Positions 51,971-61,725 of a stretch of DNA of 64,000 nt are shown here, one piece after another. The notes beneath the pieces are model-generated. The model had not been told where the DNA came from. It worked only from the letters and a program-made list of their open reading frames with translations, and did not search any database. The stretch's first letter is position 1; every line of letters starts with the position of its first letter. The position numbers and the translations under genes were made by a program. This stretch comes from Myxococcales bacterium (lineage in GTDB: Bacteria; Myxococcota_A; UBA9042; JABWCM01; BTVJ01). Location of the stretch: contig BTVJ01000034.1 of NCBI GenBank assembly GCA_045863395.1, positions 1-64,000 of the forward strand. Reading direction: 5' to 3'.

Positions 51971-54115
51971 ATGCCAGGAAGCACCCTGGAGGTCCGAGCA
52001 CACCTGGTGGAGTTCTGCCGTGCGCTGGCGCGCGCGATGATCGCGGCCCCCTGGTACTCGCCGAGCCACCCGGATGCCCGCAAGTCCATCGAGCAGGTGT
52101 GGCAGGTCCACCGAAAGCTCGTCGAGGGACAGTGGGGCTGCACCGAGGTGCACGTGCTGAGCGCGGGTCCCTTCGACGTGGGCGCGTCCCCGACGGATGG
52201 CCTGGTTGCCGGCGTGGAGGCGGAGCCGGTGCCGCTCTCCGTGCTGCTGCACGGGACCATGGGAGAGCACCTCCACCACCAGATGCTGGAGTTCCTCGGT
52301 CAGAACCACTTGGTCTCGCTCAGCTTCCGCCGTGGGCTGACCCGCTCCGATCTCGAGCGGTTCATGATGGAGGTGGCCCAGCGGATCATGGCCGCACGAC
52401 GGACCCGAGAGCCGGAGGGCGCAAAGGACCCGGAGCTCCCGAAGACGCGCCCTCACGGTCCGCCTCCTCCCCCCCTCGGCACCTCGCTCCGCGAGCTCGG
52501 GGTCGACTTCAACGGGACCGATGGCGGGCACATCGGCGCCCTTCACCTCGCTGAGCTTCAGGGCGAGCACGACGAAGGGACGCCTTGGCTCGTCCGTGTG
52601 TGCCTGAGCCGCACCGTGAGGGACCTCGCCATCGCCGCGGAGCGTGTGGTCGACGCAGAGCGCCTCCCCGTGGCGCGGCGCATCGTGACGGAGGGCTTCC
52701 TGGCAGCCGGGGCGTCCTGGCTGAGACAGGCGTGGCTCGTCGCAGCAGCGCGAGTGAACGCACCCGGGTTCGACGCGCCGCTGACGGCCGTAGCCGTCCG
52801 CAGCATCCCGGAGGGCGTGCGCGCATCCCTCGCCTGGGAGCTGATCGCCGCCATGGACGACCCGGAGGTGAGCCCAGAGGTCCAAGACCGGTCCCGCGCG
52901 CTCCTCGTGACCCTCGCCACGGGGATCCAGGTGGAGGCGGGCCCGGCGTCAGCCGACCTGTTGATGCTCCTGCACCGGCGGGGCATCGTCTCCTTCGAGG
53001 ACCTCCCGGAGGTGCTCAAGGACCGGCTCCGGGTCCGCGGGTGGACCGACCAGTTCCTGGAGAACAGCGAGGCCTACCTCGCGCGGCTGCACGTCTTGGG
53101 GGAGCCAGCGGCGCTTCGGGACTACCTGACCGCGGTTCGCTTCATCTTCCGTGAGCTGCTCGCGCGGAGCCGGCACAGCGAGGCGCTGCTCGTTCTGCGG
53201 ACCCTCCACGGGATCATCGACGACGAGGCCGAGCCACCGGAGCGCCGGGAGCTGGTGCAGGCGGCCCTCGACTGGATTCGGCGCGTCGACGTGGCGCCGA
53301 CGCTGGCCGAGGCGGCCCGAACCGAGGACGGGGAGCAGCGACGGGTCATCCTGGCAATCCTCTTTGGCCTCGGTCCGCAGATGCTGTTCCCGCTGCTGAC
53401 CCTGCTCGGCCACGTGCGCAACTCCCCCGCCCGCAAGGACGTGTGCGACGCCATCCGCGACATGGGGCCGTCCGTGGTGCCCATGCTCGTGGAGGAGCTG
53501 CTGCGCATCACCCACCCGTGGTTCCTGCACCGCAACATCCTGATGCTCCTGGGAGAGCTCGGCGCCACGGACGCAGCTCGGGAGGTGCGGCGGATGCTGG
53601 AGCATCCCCACATCCGGGTGCGCGAGCAGGCGGCAGCGACCCTGGTCGCGCTGCTGGGCGCGGGGGCGGAGCCGGACCTGGTGGGGGCGCTCGGGGACGG
53701 CGACCGGGATCTCCAGCTCCGCATCGTCCCGCTGTTGCAGGAGCTGGGGTCGTCGCACCCGCGCTTCCGCGAGTTCCTCCGTAGCCACATGGCCACGCTC
53801 CAGGGGCGCGAGGAGGCGGACGAGGCGCTGGTGTCCCAGTGCCTGGCGGCCGTGAGCACGCTCGCCATCGGATGGACCCCAGAGGAGCGGCTCCCCTTCG
53901 AGGAGGCCCTGGTCGAGGTCCTGGACCCGCCGCTCTCCCGCTCACTGCTGCGGCGAGCGCAGGGCCTCCGCCTCCCGACGCGGGTCCGCGAGCAGGCAGT
54001 GCGCGCGCTGTGCGCCGTAGCGTCCTCGCGCTCGCGACACCTGCTGGAGCGCCTCGCGCGCGACAGCACCCTCGGCGTGCGCCAGGCCGCAAGCGCGCGA
54101 CTCGCGACCTTGTGA
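51971..54115 (+). CDS. HEAT-repeat protein
   Basis: AAGGAG SD; N-terminal YSPSHP motif; WFLHRNILMLLGELG, HPHIRVREQAA, VREQAVRAL repeats. Confidence 0.8.
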   Translation: MPGSTLEVRAHLVEFCRALARAMIAAPWYSPSHPDARKSIEQVWQVHRKLVEGQWGCTEVHVLSAGPFDVGASPTDGLVAGVEAEPVPLSVLLHGTMGEHLHHQMLEFLGQNHLVSLSFRRGLTRSDLERFMMEVAQRIMAARRTREPEGAKDPELPKTRPHGPPPPPLGTSLRELGVDFNGTDGGHIGALHLAELQGEHDEGTPWLVRVCLSRTVRDLAIAAERVVDAERLPVARRIVTEGFLAAGASWLRQAWLVAAARVNAPGFDAPLTAVAVRSIPEGVRASLAWELIAAMDDPEVSPEVQDRSRALLVTLATGIQVEAGPASADLLMLLHRRGIVSFEDLPEVLKDRLRVRGWTDQFLENSEAYLARLHVLGEPAALRDYLTAVRFIFRELLARSRHSEALLVLRTLHGIIDDEAEPPERRELVQAALDWIRRVDVAPTLAEAARTEDGEQRRVILAILFGLGPQMLFPLLTLLGHVRNSPARKDVCDAIRDMGPSVVPMLVEELLRITHPWFLHRNILMLLGELGATDAAREVRRMLEHPHIRVREQAAATLVALLGAGAEPDLVGALGDGDRDLQLRIVPLLQELGSSHPRFREFLRSHMATLQGREEADEALVSQCLAAVSTLAIGWTPEERLPFEEALVEVLDPPLSRSLLRRAQGLRLPTRVREQAVRALCAVASSRSRHLLERLARDSTLGVRQAASARLATL

Positions 54116-54217
54116 CTGGAGATCCCGCCCTCCCGGTTGCGGCATCCACGACCATTGCGGTAGAACCTGCGGGCCCGGGGACGGGCGATTGACAACCCCC
54201 TCTCGCAGGAGACGCCC

Positions 54218-56209
54218 GTGAGTTCTGGCACGGCCACCATCGCTCGACGCCCCGACAAGGCGCGCTTCCCCGGCAGGATCCTCTACCTCACCGAAGACAC
54301 GACCCTGGTGCGTGCGCAGCTCGATGGAGCCGACCTCCCCTGGGACCCGCGCCACCCGGTGCACCTGATGAACAACATCTCCACCGACGAGATCACGCCG
54401 GGGTGGGTGTGCTTCTACTATGACGAGACCCTCGGGGAGTACGCGCACGTCGGGCTCCGGGGCGGTGTCGTCAAGCACATGGACATCAAGAAGGGCGGCT
54501 TCTCCGTCATCGTCAGCGGCATCTCGAAGGGGTGCGGGTCCAGCCGCGAGACGGCGCCCTACGCGGAGCTGTGGGCGGGCGCGTCGCTGGTCATCGCGAA
54601 GTCCATCGAGAAGATCTACGGCCAGAACGCCCAGAACATCGGGCTGCTCACGTCGACGGACTTCGGGCTCGTCCCGCGCATCCTCGCGGGGGAGGAGATC
54701 CCTCTTTCGGAGTTCACGCGCGGCCTCGACCCGATCTCCACGGCGATCATCGAGTACGGCGGGCTGTTCAACTACAACAAGGCGCGGCTCGCCGGCGAGG
54801 TGGCGCCCCCAGAGGTGACGACGGCGCCCCGCCCCATGAACCTCGTCGAGAAGATCATCGCCCGCAACGCCATTGCGGACGCCAAGGTGGGCAAGCTGGG
54901 CATCCCTGCGGTCGCCCCCGGGGACGCGCTCTTCGTGCGGACGGACGTCCGCTTCAGCCACGAGTACGTCACACCCATGGCCGAGGCCCTGTTCGTGCAA
55001 GCCTTCGGGCCCGGGGCGCGGGTGACGGAGCCCGAGAGCGTCACCGCCTTCCGGGACCACCTGACGTTCCTTGGCCAGGTGATGCCGGAGAGCCAGAAGA
55101 AGGCGGGCCTGCTGGAGCGAGCCGACGGCCTCGCCACCACGCAGCAGAGCTTCACGGACCGGCAGGGAATCCGGCTGTACGGCGAGGTCGAGGGTGGGGG
55201 CTCCGAGGCCATCTGCCACAACGCCGTGCTGGAGGACATCGCGCTGCCCAGCCAGGTGGTGCTGGGCACGGACAGCCACACCTGCACCGCCGGGGCGCTG
55301 GGCTGCTTCGCCTTCGGCGTCGGCTCCACGGACATGGCCAACGCCTGGTTCACCCGCGACGTGCGCCTCGCGGTGCCGGAGACGGTGCGCTACGTCTTGA
55401 CCGGTGAGCGCCCCGCGGATGTGTCGGCGAAGGACATCATGCTCGCCATCATGGCGACGGACTTCATCCGCGCCGGCAGGGGCATCGGCAAGGTGCTGGA
55501 GTTCGCGGGGCCGGGGGTCGCGGCGCTGAGCATCGACGAGCGGGCGACGCTGACCAACATGGCCGTAGAGGCGGGCGCGTTCACGGGCATCATCGAGCCC
55601 GACGAGGTTGTCGTCGAGTACATCGCGCGGACCCGGGGCGTGGACCCGGGGGGCGTGCGCGCGCGGCTCCTGGTGGCGGACCCGGGGGCCACGTGGGCGG
55701 AGACCTTCGAGATCCGCCTCGAAGGGTTGCGGCCCATGGTCGCGACCCCCGGCGACCCCCGCAACGGGGTGGCCGTCACGGAGCTGGGTCCGGTCGCCAT
55801 CGACATCGCCTACGGCGGCTCCTGCACCGGCGGCAAGATGGCGGACATGGACATGTACGCGGCCGTGCTGGGGCGCGCCGTGGAGCAGGGGCGCCGCGTC
55901 GCGGAGGGCGTGGACCTCTACATCCAGTTCGGGAGCCAGCGCATCAAGGAGTACGCGGCCGGCCGAGGGTATATCGAGCTGTTCGAGGCGGCGGGGGCGC
56001 GCCTCGTCAACCCGAGCTGCGGCGCGTGCATCAAGGCCGGGCCCGGCGTGAGCCTCAACGACAAGCAGGTCACGGTGAGCGCCATCAACCGCAACTTCCC
56101 GGGGCGGAGCGGCCCGGGGCAGGTGTACCTGGCGAGCCCCTACGTGGTGGCGGCGAGCGCCATCGCGGGGCGCATCGCGACGCCTGCGGAGGTCGGGCTC
56201 GGGGACTGA
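54218..56209 (+). CDS. Aconitase-family dehydratase, swivel (LeuD-like) domain fused N-terminal to Fe-S (LeuC-like) domain
   Basis: NISTDEITP, GCGSSRETA; then RDH, ICH, GTDSHT, TNMAVEAG, GSCTGG, PSCGAC, NRNFPGR, LASP. Confidence 0.9.
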   Translation: MSSGTATIARRPDKARFPGRILYLTEDTTLVRAQLDGADLPWDPRHPVHLMNNISTDEITPGWVCFYYDETLGEYAHVGLRGGVVKHMDIKKGGFSVIVSGISKGCGSSRETAPYAELWAGASLVIAKSIEKIYGQNAQNIGLLTSTDFGLVPRILAGEEIPLSEFTRGLDPISTAIIEYGGLFNYNKARLAGEVAPPEVTTAPRPMNLVEKIIARNAIADAKVGKLGIPAVAPGDALFVRTDVRFSHEYVTPMAEALFVQAFGPGARVTEPESVTAFRDHLTFLGQVMPESQKKAGLLERADGLATTQQSFTDRQGIRLYGEVEGGGSEAICHNAVLEDIALPSQVVLGTDSHTCTAGALGCFAFGVGSTDMANAWFTRDVRLAVPETVRYVLTGERPADVSAKDIMLAIMATDFIRAGRGIGKVLEFAGPGVAALSIDERATLTNMAVEAGAFTGIIEPDEVVVEYIARTRGVDPGGVRARLLVADPGATWAETFEIRLEGLRPMVATPGDPRNGVAVTELGPVAIDIAYGGSCTGGKMADMDMYAAVLGRAVEQGRRVAEGVDLYIQFGSQRIKEYAAGRGYIELFEAAGARLVNPSCGACIKAGPGVSLNDKQVTVSAINRNFPGRSGPGQVYLASPYVVAASAIAGRIATPAEVGLGD

Positions 56210-56287
56210 CGAGCGCGTGGCGAGGGGGGGCCGGCACGCCGCGCGAGCTGCTCGTGGCCTGGGGCGGGCGTGGCGTGCGTCCGGGGG

Positions 56288-56722
56288 TCAGTCGCGGGCG
56301 GCCCGTGCGTTGGCCAGGTCATCGATCTCTCTCTGCGCGGCCTTCGCCAGCTCTCCTCTCCACTCCTTTCGGGTGCGCGCCGCGATCTCGTCGTGGGCGA
56401 AGCGACGGCGGGCGGTGACGAGGTGCTCCGTCTTGCGCTCGAAGAGGTGCTGCTCGGCCATGAGGAGGCGATTCTCGGCCTCGTCGAGCTGCTGTCGCGT
56501 CGCGTCGCGCGCGGAGGCGACCACCTGGAGCCAGGCGCCCGAGAGCACTCGCTCCGAAGCCAACAGGCGGGACTCCTGGGTAGCGGACTCCTGCTCGATC
56601 TCGTGGATCTGCGCCTGCGTCTCGTCCACCTCCCGGTGGGCCTGGCTGACCGCGGACCGCGCCTTCTGCTCACGCACCTCGGAGATGCGCTGCATCCGCT
56701 TCGCAATCAGGTGACGGCTCAT
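56288..56722 (-). CDS. fliJ: FliJ-like flagellar export coiled-coil protein
   Basis: 144-aa all-helical protein with C-terminal AQREIDDLA resembling FliJ EQKxxDE; adjacent to the flg operon. Confidence 0.55.
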   Translation of the reverse strand: MSRHLIAKRMQRISEVREQKARSAVSQAHREVDETQAQIHEIEQESATQESRLLASERVLSGAWLQVVASARDATRQQLDEAENRLLMAEQHLFERKTEHLVTARRRFAHDEIAARTRKEWRGELAKAAQREIDDLANARAARD

Positions 56723-56771
56723 CTCGTCCCTCCGGGCAACAGCCCGTACAGCTTCGTCATGCAGGGCGCTC

Positions 56772-56799
56772 ATCATAAGGCAAATCCTCGAGGATGCAA
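56772..56799 (-). promoter_or_regulatory. Putative sigma70 promoter of the fliJ-like gene with an internal 12-bp palindrome
   Basis: TTGCAT-N16-TATGAT (minus strand); ATCCTCGAGGAT at 56784-56795. Confidence 0.45.
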
Positions 56800-56911
56800 T
56801 CTCGGCCTGCGTGCGGCCCAAGGCGGCGGTAGGCAACACGCACCCGGCAAACCCTGCCCAGTCGTGCCGGGTTGGCGTGCCGCAGTGCGCGTGGATGGGG
56901 GCTGCGAGGTC

Positions 56912-56927
56912 GGGCACGGCTCTTGCT
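56912..56927 (+). promoter_or_regulatory. Sigma-54 (-24/-12) promoter of the flg operon
   Basis: GGGCACGGCTCTTGCT against consensus TGGCACGNNNNTTGCW, exact GG-N10-GC spacing, ~50 nt before flgF. Confidence 0.75.
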
Positions 56928-56975
56928 TTGGGCGCTCCGGCGCGGATTGACCGCGTCGATGTACGAGGAGACGGA

Positions 56976-57713
56976 ATGGCCAACGGAATCTACGTCGCCG
57001 CGTCGGGAGCCATGGCCCAGCTCCGGCGCCTGGAGGCGGCCTCCAACAACCTGGCGCACGCCACCGAGCCCGGCTACAAGCGGGACGACGTGACCTTCGA
57101 GGATGTACGCGCGCAGCTCCGCCCCGAGGCCGACCCCACGTTGCCCCGAAACCGTGACAAGCAGTTCGCGAAGGACAGCGGCACCAACTTCCGCATCGAG
57201 GCGGGCCCCATCACGCAGACCGAGAACCCCCTGGACGTGGCGCTGCACGGCGACGGCTTCCTGCGGGTGCGCACGCCGGACGGCGAGCGCCTGACGCGGG
57301 ACGGGCGCCTGGCCCTCGACGCCGAGGGCACGCTCCGCACGATCCGCGGTCACTTGGTGCTCGACGAGGGCGGCGGCGAGATCACCTTGCCGCCTGGAGC
57401 GATCCCGTCCATCGACCGGGCCGGCCAGATCACGGCGGCGGGCGTGCGGGTGGGGGCGCTGGGGGTCGCGCGGGTCACGGACCCGGCGGGCCTCTCCAAG
57501 CAGCCGGACGGAATGTTCGTGGCGCAGGGGCGCTTCGAGGACGCCTCCCGCGACGAGGTGGACGTCCTGCAGGGCTTCGTCGAGGAGTCCAACGTCAGCG
57601 CTGTGCAGGCAATCACGGAGCTGGTCGAGGTGCAGCGCACGTTCGAGGCGCTGCACCAGGTGATGAACGCCTACCGTCAGATGGACGAGCAGGCCACGCG
57701 GCTGATGCGCTGA
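56976..57713 (+). CDS. flgF: Flagellar basal-body rod protein FlgF
   Basis: GIYVAASG, SNNLAH..EPGYK, TENPLDVAL.GDGF, TRDG, EESNV. Confidence 0.9.
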   Translation: MANGIYVAASGAMAQLRRLEAASNNLAHATEPGYKRDDVTFEDVRAQLRPEADPTLPRNRDKQFAKDSGTNFRIEAGPITQTENPLDVALHGDGFLRVRTPDGERLTRDGRLALDAEGTLRTIRGHLVLDEGGGEITLPPGAIPSIDRAGQITAAGVRVGALGVARVTDPAGLSKQPDGMFVAQGRFEDASRDEVDVLQGFVEESNVSAVQAITELVEVQRTFEALHQVMNAYRQMDEQATRLMR

Positions 57714-57731
57714 GCCCCTTGAGGTGAGACG

Positions 57732-58532
57732 ATGATCCGATCCCTGCATACGGCGGCGAGTGGCATGGAAGCGCAGCAGCTCCGCATCGACACCATCGCC
57801 AACAACCTGGCCAACGTGAACACCAGCGGCTTCAAGAAGAGCCGCGCCGAGTTCCAGGACCTCTTCTACCAGCAGCTCCGGGCGGCCGGCTCCGCGCAGA
57901 CGACACGGGCTGCGGTCGTGCAGTCGGGCCCCCCTGTCGGGCTGGAGGTCGGCCAGGGGACGCGGCCGGTGGCGACGCAGAAGATCTTCAGCATGGGCGA
58001 GCTCATGCAGACCAACAACCCTCTGGACCTTGCCATCGAGGGCCAGGGCTTCTTCAAGGTGCTCCGGCCGGACGGAAGCTTCGCGTACACCCGGGCGGGC
58101 GCCTTCAAGACCAACGCGGACGGGGTCATCGTCACGGCGGAGGGGCAGCCCCTGGACCCGGTGATCACCATCCCGCCGGATACGGTCAACGTGCTCATCG
58201 ACACCGACGGCACCATCAAGGCGCAGGGACCGGGGGACGTGGACGCGGTGGAGATCGGCAGCATCGAGCTGGTGCAGTTCGTGAACAACGCCGGCCTCCA
58301 CAACCTGGGCCACGGCCTGTACACGGAGACGGAGGCCAGCGGCCCGCCCATCTTCGGCAACCCGGGCGAGGACGGCCTCGGGCAGATCGCGCAAGGAATG
58401 CTGGAGTCGAGCAACGTGAAGGTCGTCGAGGAGATGATCGACCTCATCGCCGCGCAGCGCGCGTATGAGATCAACTCCCGCGTCATCCAGACCACCGACG
58501 AGATGCTGCGGCAGGTCACGACGCTTCGGTAG
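57732..58532 (+). CDS. flgG: Flagellar basal-body rod protein FlgG
   Basis: IANNLANVNTSGFKKSRAEFQDL, LDLAIEGQGFF, LESSNV, QRAYEINS. Confidence 0.96.
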   Translation: MIRSLHTAASGMEAQQLRIDTIANNLANVNTSGFKKSRAEFQDLFYQQLRAAGSAQTTRAAVVQSGPPVGLEVGQGTRPVATQKIFSMGELMQTNNPLDLAIEGQGFFKVLRPDGSFAYTRAGAFKTNADGVIVTAEGQPLDPVITIPPDTVNVLIDTDGTIKAQGPGDVDAVEIGSIELVQFVNNAGLHNLGHGLYTETEASGPPIFGNPGEDGLGQIAQGMLESSNVKVVEEMIDLIAAQRAYEINSRVIQTTDEMLRQVTTLR

Positions 58533-58546
58533 CGCTTCGGAGTGTG

Positions 58547-59221
58547 ATGCACAGGACTGTGCTCTTCCTCGCCCTGCTGTCATGGGGGTCGGCGCAGGCT
58601 GCGAGCATCGACCGCGAGCTGGAGTCGCGCCTCGTGGAGGCGGTGCGAGAGCGGGTGGGAGCGGGAGAGGTCCGGGTCCGGGACGTGCGTCCCTCGAACC
58701 GGAAGGCGCTTGCTGCCGCGGCGCGCGTCGTATCCGTGACGCTCCCGCCCGGCGAGAAGGGGACAGGGAAGGTGACGGCCAGCGTCACCGTCGCCAGCCG
58801 AGGGGGGACAGAGGAGGACCTGTGGGTCACGGCGCGGGTCGAGATCGCGGTGCCGGTGGTGGTGGCCGCCCGGGAGATTGCCCGGGGGGCGGCCGTCGGG
58901 GGGAGCGACGTGAGGGTGGAGACGCGCACGGACGTCCGGGAGGGCTTCGGGGACGTGGGCGAGGTCATCGGGAGGGAGGCGCGGCGCGCCATTCGCCAGG
59001 GGGAGGTGCTGGACCCGCGGCTCCTGACGCTGCCCATCGTGATCAGGCGAGGCGACGTCGTGAGCGCGGTGGTGATGGGGGCGGCGTTCCAGGTGCGGTC
59101 GAGGGCCGAGGCGCGGGAGAGCGGCGCCGTGGGTGACGTCATTCGGGTGCAGCTCACCGGAAGCAAGAAGGTGCTGCGGGGGCGGGTGGTGAGCGCCGAG
59201 ATGGTGGAGGTGACGCAATGA
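58547..59221 (+). CDS. flgA: Flagellar P-ring assembly chaperone FlgA
   Basis: Signal peptide, VVVAAREIARG SAF domain, IRRGDVV, G..GDVIRV; position between flgG and flgH. Confidence 0.88.
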   Translation: MHRTVLFLALLSWGSAQAASIDRELESRLVEAVRERVGAGEVRVRDVRPSNRKALAAAARVVSVTLPPGEKGTGKVTASVTVASRGGTEEDLWVTARVEIAVPVVVAAREIARGAAVGGSDVRVETRTDVREGFGDVGEVIGREARRAIRQGEVLDPRLLTLPIVIRRGDVVSAVVMGAAFQVRSRAEARESGAVGDVIRVQLTGSKKVLRGRVVSAEMVEVTQ

Positions 59222-59910
59222 GCATGCGGGGAGCGTGGCTGGGCATCGTCGCGGCGGGGCTGCTCGTCGGGTGCGTCCAGCACATCGGCGACTACGAGCC
59301 GAAGCGCAGGCAGTACAAGAGCCCGGTCGACTTCCAGCTCATCGAGGGGCCGCTGCACAACGGGTCGCTGTTCAACCCGAACCACCCGGGGTCGTTCTTG
59401 TTCGCGGACCAGCGGGCCATGTACCTGGGCGATCTCGTGACCGTGCGCATCAAGGAGGTCGCCGACGCCAAGCGGGCCGCCACGACCAAGCTGAGCCGCG
59501 AGTCCAACGTGAACTTCCAGATCTCGGCCTTCTTCACGCTGCTCGAGCAGATCGACCCGGACCTCACGAAGAAGAACATGCTCAACGCCATGTTCTCCAA
59601 CGGCTTCGACGGCATGGGGCAGACGGCCAGGACGGAGCACTTCGAGGCGACGGTGCCGTCCATCGTGCGGGAGGTGCTGCCCAACGGCAACCTCTTCATC
59701 GAGGGGCAGCGGGTGATCCTCGTGAACCTGGAGGAGCACCACTTCTACATCAGCGGCGTGATCCGGCCGGTGGACATCCAGGGCGACAACAGCATCGAGT
59801 CGTCGCTGATCGCGGACGCGGAGATCGAGTTCACGGGGCGCGGGGTCATCAGCGAGAAGCAGTCCCCCGGGTGGCTGTCGCGGGCCCTCGACTACGCGTC
59901 TCCTTTCTAG
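59218..59910 (+). CDS. flgH: Flagellar L-ring lipoprotein FlgH
   Basis: Lipobox LVGC, GSLF, DQRA..GDLVTV, LPNGNL.I.G, G.IRPVDI. Confidence 0.94.
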   Translation: MSMRGAWLGIVAAGLLVGCVQHIGDYEPKRRQYKSPVDFQLIEGPLHNGSLFNPNHPGSFLFADQRAMYLGDLVTVRIKEVADAKRAATTKLSRESNVNFQISAFFTLLEQIDPDLTKKNMLNAMFSNGFDGMGQTARTEHFEATVPSIVREVLPNGNLFIEGQRVILVNLEEHHFYISGVIRPVDIQGDNSIESSLIADAEIEFTGRGVISEKQSPGWLSRALDYASPF

Positions 59911-59926
59911 AATTGAGGTCGGGACC

Positions 59927-61036
59927 ATGCGCACCTTCCTGATCGCAGTGGCACTGATGCTGGTCGCGGGTGAGGCCTGGGCGACGCGCATCAAGGACAT
60001 CGCCCACGTGGACGGCGTCCGGCCGAACCAGCTCGTCGGGTACGGGCTCGTCGTCGGCCTCGACGGGACGGGGGACACCAAGCGCGCGACGATGACCACG
60101 CAGTCCCTGGCGGCCATGCTGTCGCGCATGGGCGTGCGCATCGACCCCGAGCAGCTCCACCTCAGGAACGTCGCCGCGGTCATGGTCACGGCGATGCTTC
60201 CGCCCATGTCGCAGCCGGGGTCCGCCGTGGACGTGGTGGTCAGCTCCATCGGCAACGCGCGGAGCCTGTTCGGGGGCACGCTGATGCTGACGCCGCTCAA
60301 GGGCCTCGACGGGCGGACCTACGCCGTCGCGCAGGGTCCGCTCCAGGTGGGCGGCTTCGGGGCCGAGGGGGCGAGCGGGAGCCGGTTCCAGAAGAACCAC
60401 TTGAATGTGGGGCGGGTCGCGTCGGGGGCGCTGGTCGAGCAGAGCGTCCCCATCACGATGGGAGACGGCGAATACATCATGATCCAGATCGATGCGCCGG
60501 ACTTCACGACCGCCGAGGTGGTGGCCAAGGCGATCAACGACGCGGGTGGGACCCTCGGCGGGGGCGCGAACATGGCGCTGCCCATGAGCGCCGCCGAGGT
60601 GCGGGTGACGGTGCCGGCGGCGCGGAAGGCGGCGCTCGCGTCCTTCATCGCGGCCATCGAGGTGTTGGAGGTGCAGCCCGACACGGTCGCCAAGGTCGTG
60701 CTCAACAGCCGGACGGGGACGGTGGTGCTCGGCGACAACGTGCGCATCTCGACCGTGGCCGTGGCTCACGGGGGGCTGACCATCGAGGTCGGCGAGACGC
60801 CCCAGGTGTCGCAGCCGACGGCGCCCTTCGGGGCGGGGACGACGGTGCGGACCACGCAGTCGACGGTGAAGGCTACGGAGCAAGGGGACTCGCTGAAGCT
60901 GGTGCAGGCGGGAGCAACGCTCGGGGACGTGGTCAAGGCACTCAACACGCTGGGGGCGACGCCGCGGGATCTCATCGACATCCTGCAGGCCATCAAGGCG
61001 GCGGGCGCGCTGCACGGCGAGCTGGAGGTCCTGTGA
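59927..61036 (+). CDS. flgI: Flagellar P-ring protein FlgI
   Basis: RIKDI, RPNQLVGYGLVVGLDGTGD, NVAAVMVTA, LQAIKAAGAL. Confidence 0.96.
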   Translation: MRTFLIAVALMLVAGEAWATRIKDIAHVDGVRPNQLVGYGLVVGLDGTGDTKRATMTTQSLAAMLSRMGVRIDPEQLHLRNVAAVMVTAMLPPMSQPGSAVDVVVSSIGNARSLFGGTLMLTPLKGLDGRTYAVAQGPLQVGGFGAEGASGSRFQKNHLNVGRVASGALVEQSVPITMGDGEYIMIQIDAPDFTTAEVVAKAINDAGGTLGGGANMALPMSAAEVRVTVPAARKAALASFIAAIEVLEVQPDTVAKVVLNSRTGTVVLGDNVRISTVAVAHGGLTIEVGETPQVSQPTAPFGAGTTVRTTQSTVKATEQGDSLKLVQAGATLGDVVKALNTLGATPRDLIDILQAIKAAGALHGELEVL

Positions 61037-61629
61037 AGCTGGAGCCGACCGGGGTGCCGATGGTGGGGAGCCGCAGCGAGGTCGCGATGGACCGCGTGGA
61101 GGCCGCGGCGCGCGGCGCCGAGTCGCGGGAGGACCTCGAGCACGTCGCCAAGGAGTTCGAGGCGCTCATGCTCACGAAGCTGGTGGAGTCCATGCGCGCG
61201 ACGGTGCCCAAGTCAGATCTGTGGGCTGGCGGATCGAGCCAGGGCATGTACGACGGCATGATGGACGACGCACTCGGGCACCACCTGGCCAACAGTGGCG
61301 GGCTCGGCGTGGCGAAGGAGCTGATGCGGAGCTGGGGTCGCGGCACGGGGAGCGGAGAGATGGGGGGAGGGGGCATTGGGGAGCTTCGACAGGTCGAGCC
61401 ATCGCGAGGGCGCTCGGAGCGGGGCGAGCGCCTGCCGCCGGACGAGCTGTCGCGCATCCTCCAGGCGTCGCGAGACCTGGGCGGGCGGGACGACGGCGAG
61501 ACCCCCCTGTCGGAGCTGCCTCCCCCGACGCGGGACGAGTGGCTCTTCAGCCCCCAGGCGGAGCAGGTGTTGCGGGCGCTGATCAGCAACGACCCGGCGT
61601 CGCCCGGCGGGAGTGACGATGGACTTTAG
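61033..61629 (+). CDS. flgJ: Rod-binding protein FlgJ (no muramidase domain)
   Basis: AKEFEALM..KLVESMRATV, MYDGMMD, GGLGVA. Confidence 0.8.
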   Translation: MKLEPTGVPMVGSRSEVAMDRVEAAARGAESREDLEHVAKEFEALMLTKLVESMRATVPKSDLWAGGSSQGMYDGMMDDALGHHLANSGGLGVAKELMRSWGRGTGSGEMGGGGIGELRQVEPSRGRSERGERLPPDELSRILQASRDLGGRDDGETPLSELPPPTRDEWLFSPQAEQVLRALISNDPASPGGSDDGL

Positions 61630-61725
61630 GCAGTTTGGCGGGGTTCGGGTGCGGCCGGTTAAGGACGGCGCTCCCAGGCCCGTTGTGCCCCCTGACGAGC
61701 CCCTGCCTCGTCGGAGGAGAAGTCC

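Noticed and set aside
61033..61629. FlgJ lacking a muramidase domain as a pseudogene sign
   Set aside because: Single-domain FlgJ is normal outside beta/gamma-proteobacteria
61629..61725. Sigma-28 promoter upstream of flgM (and similarly before flgL)
   Set aside because: Only weak partial matches to TAAA-N15-GCCGATAA
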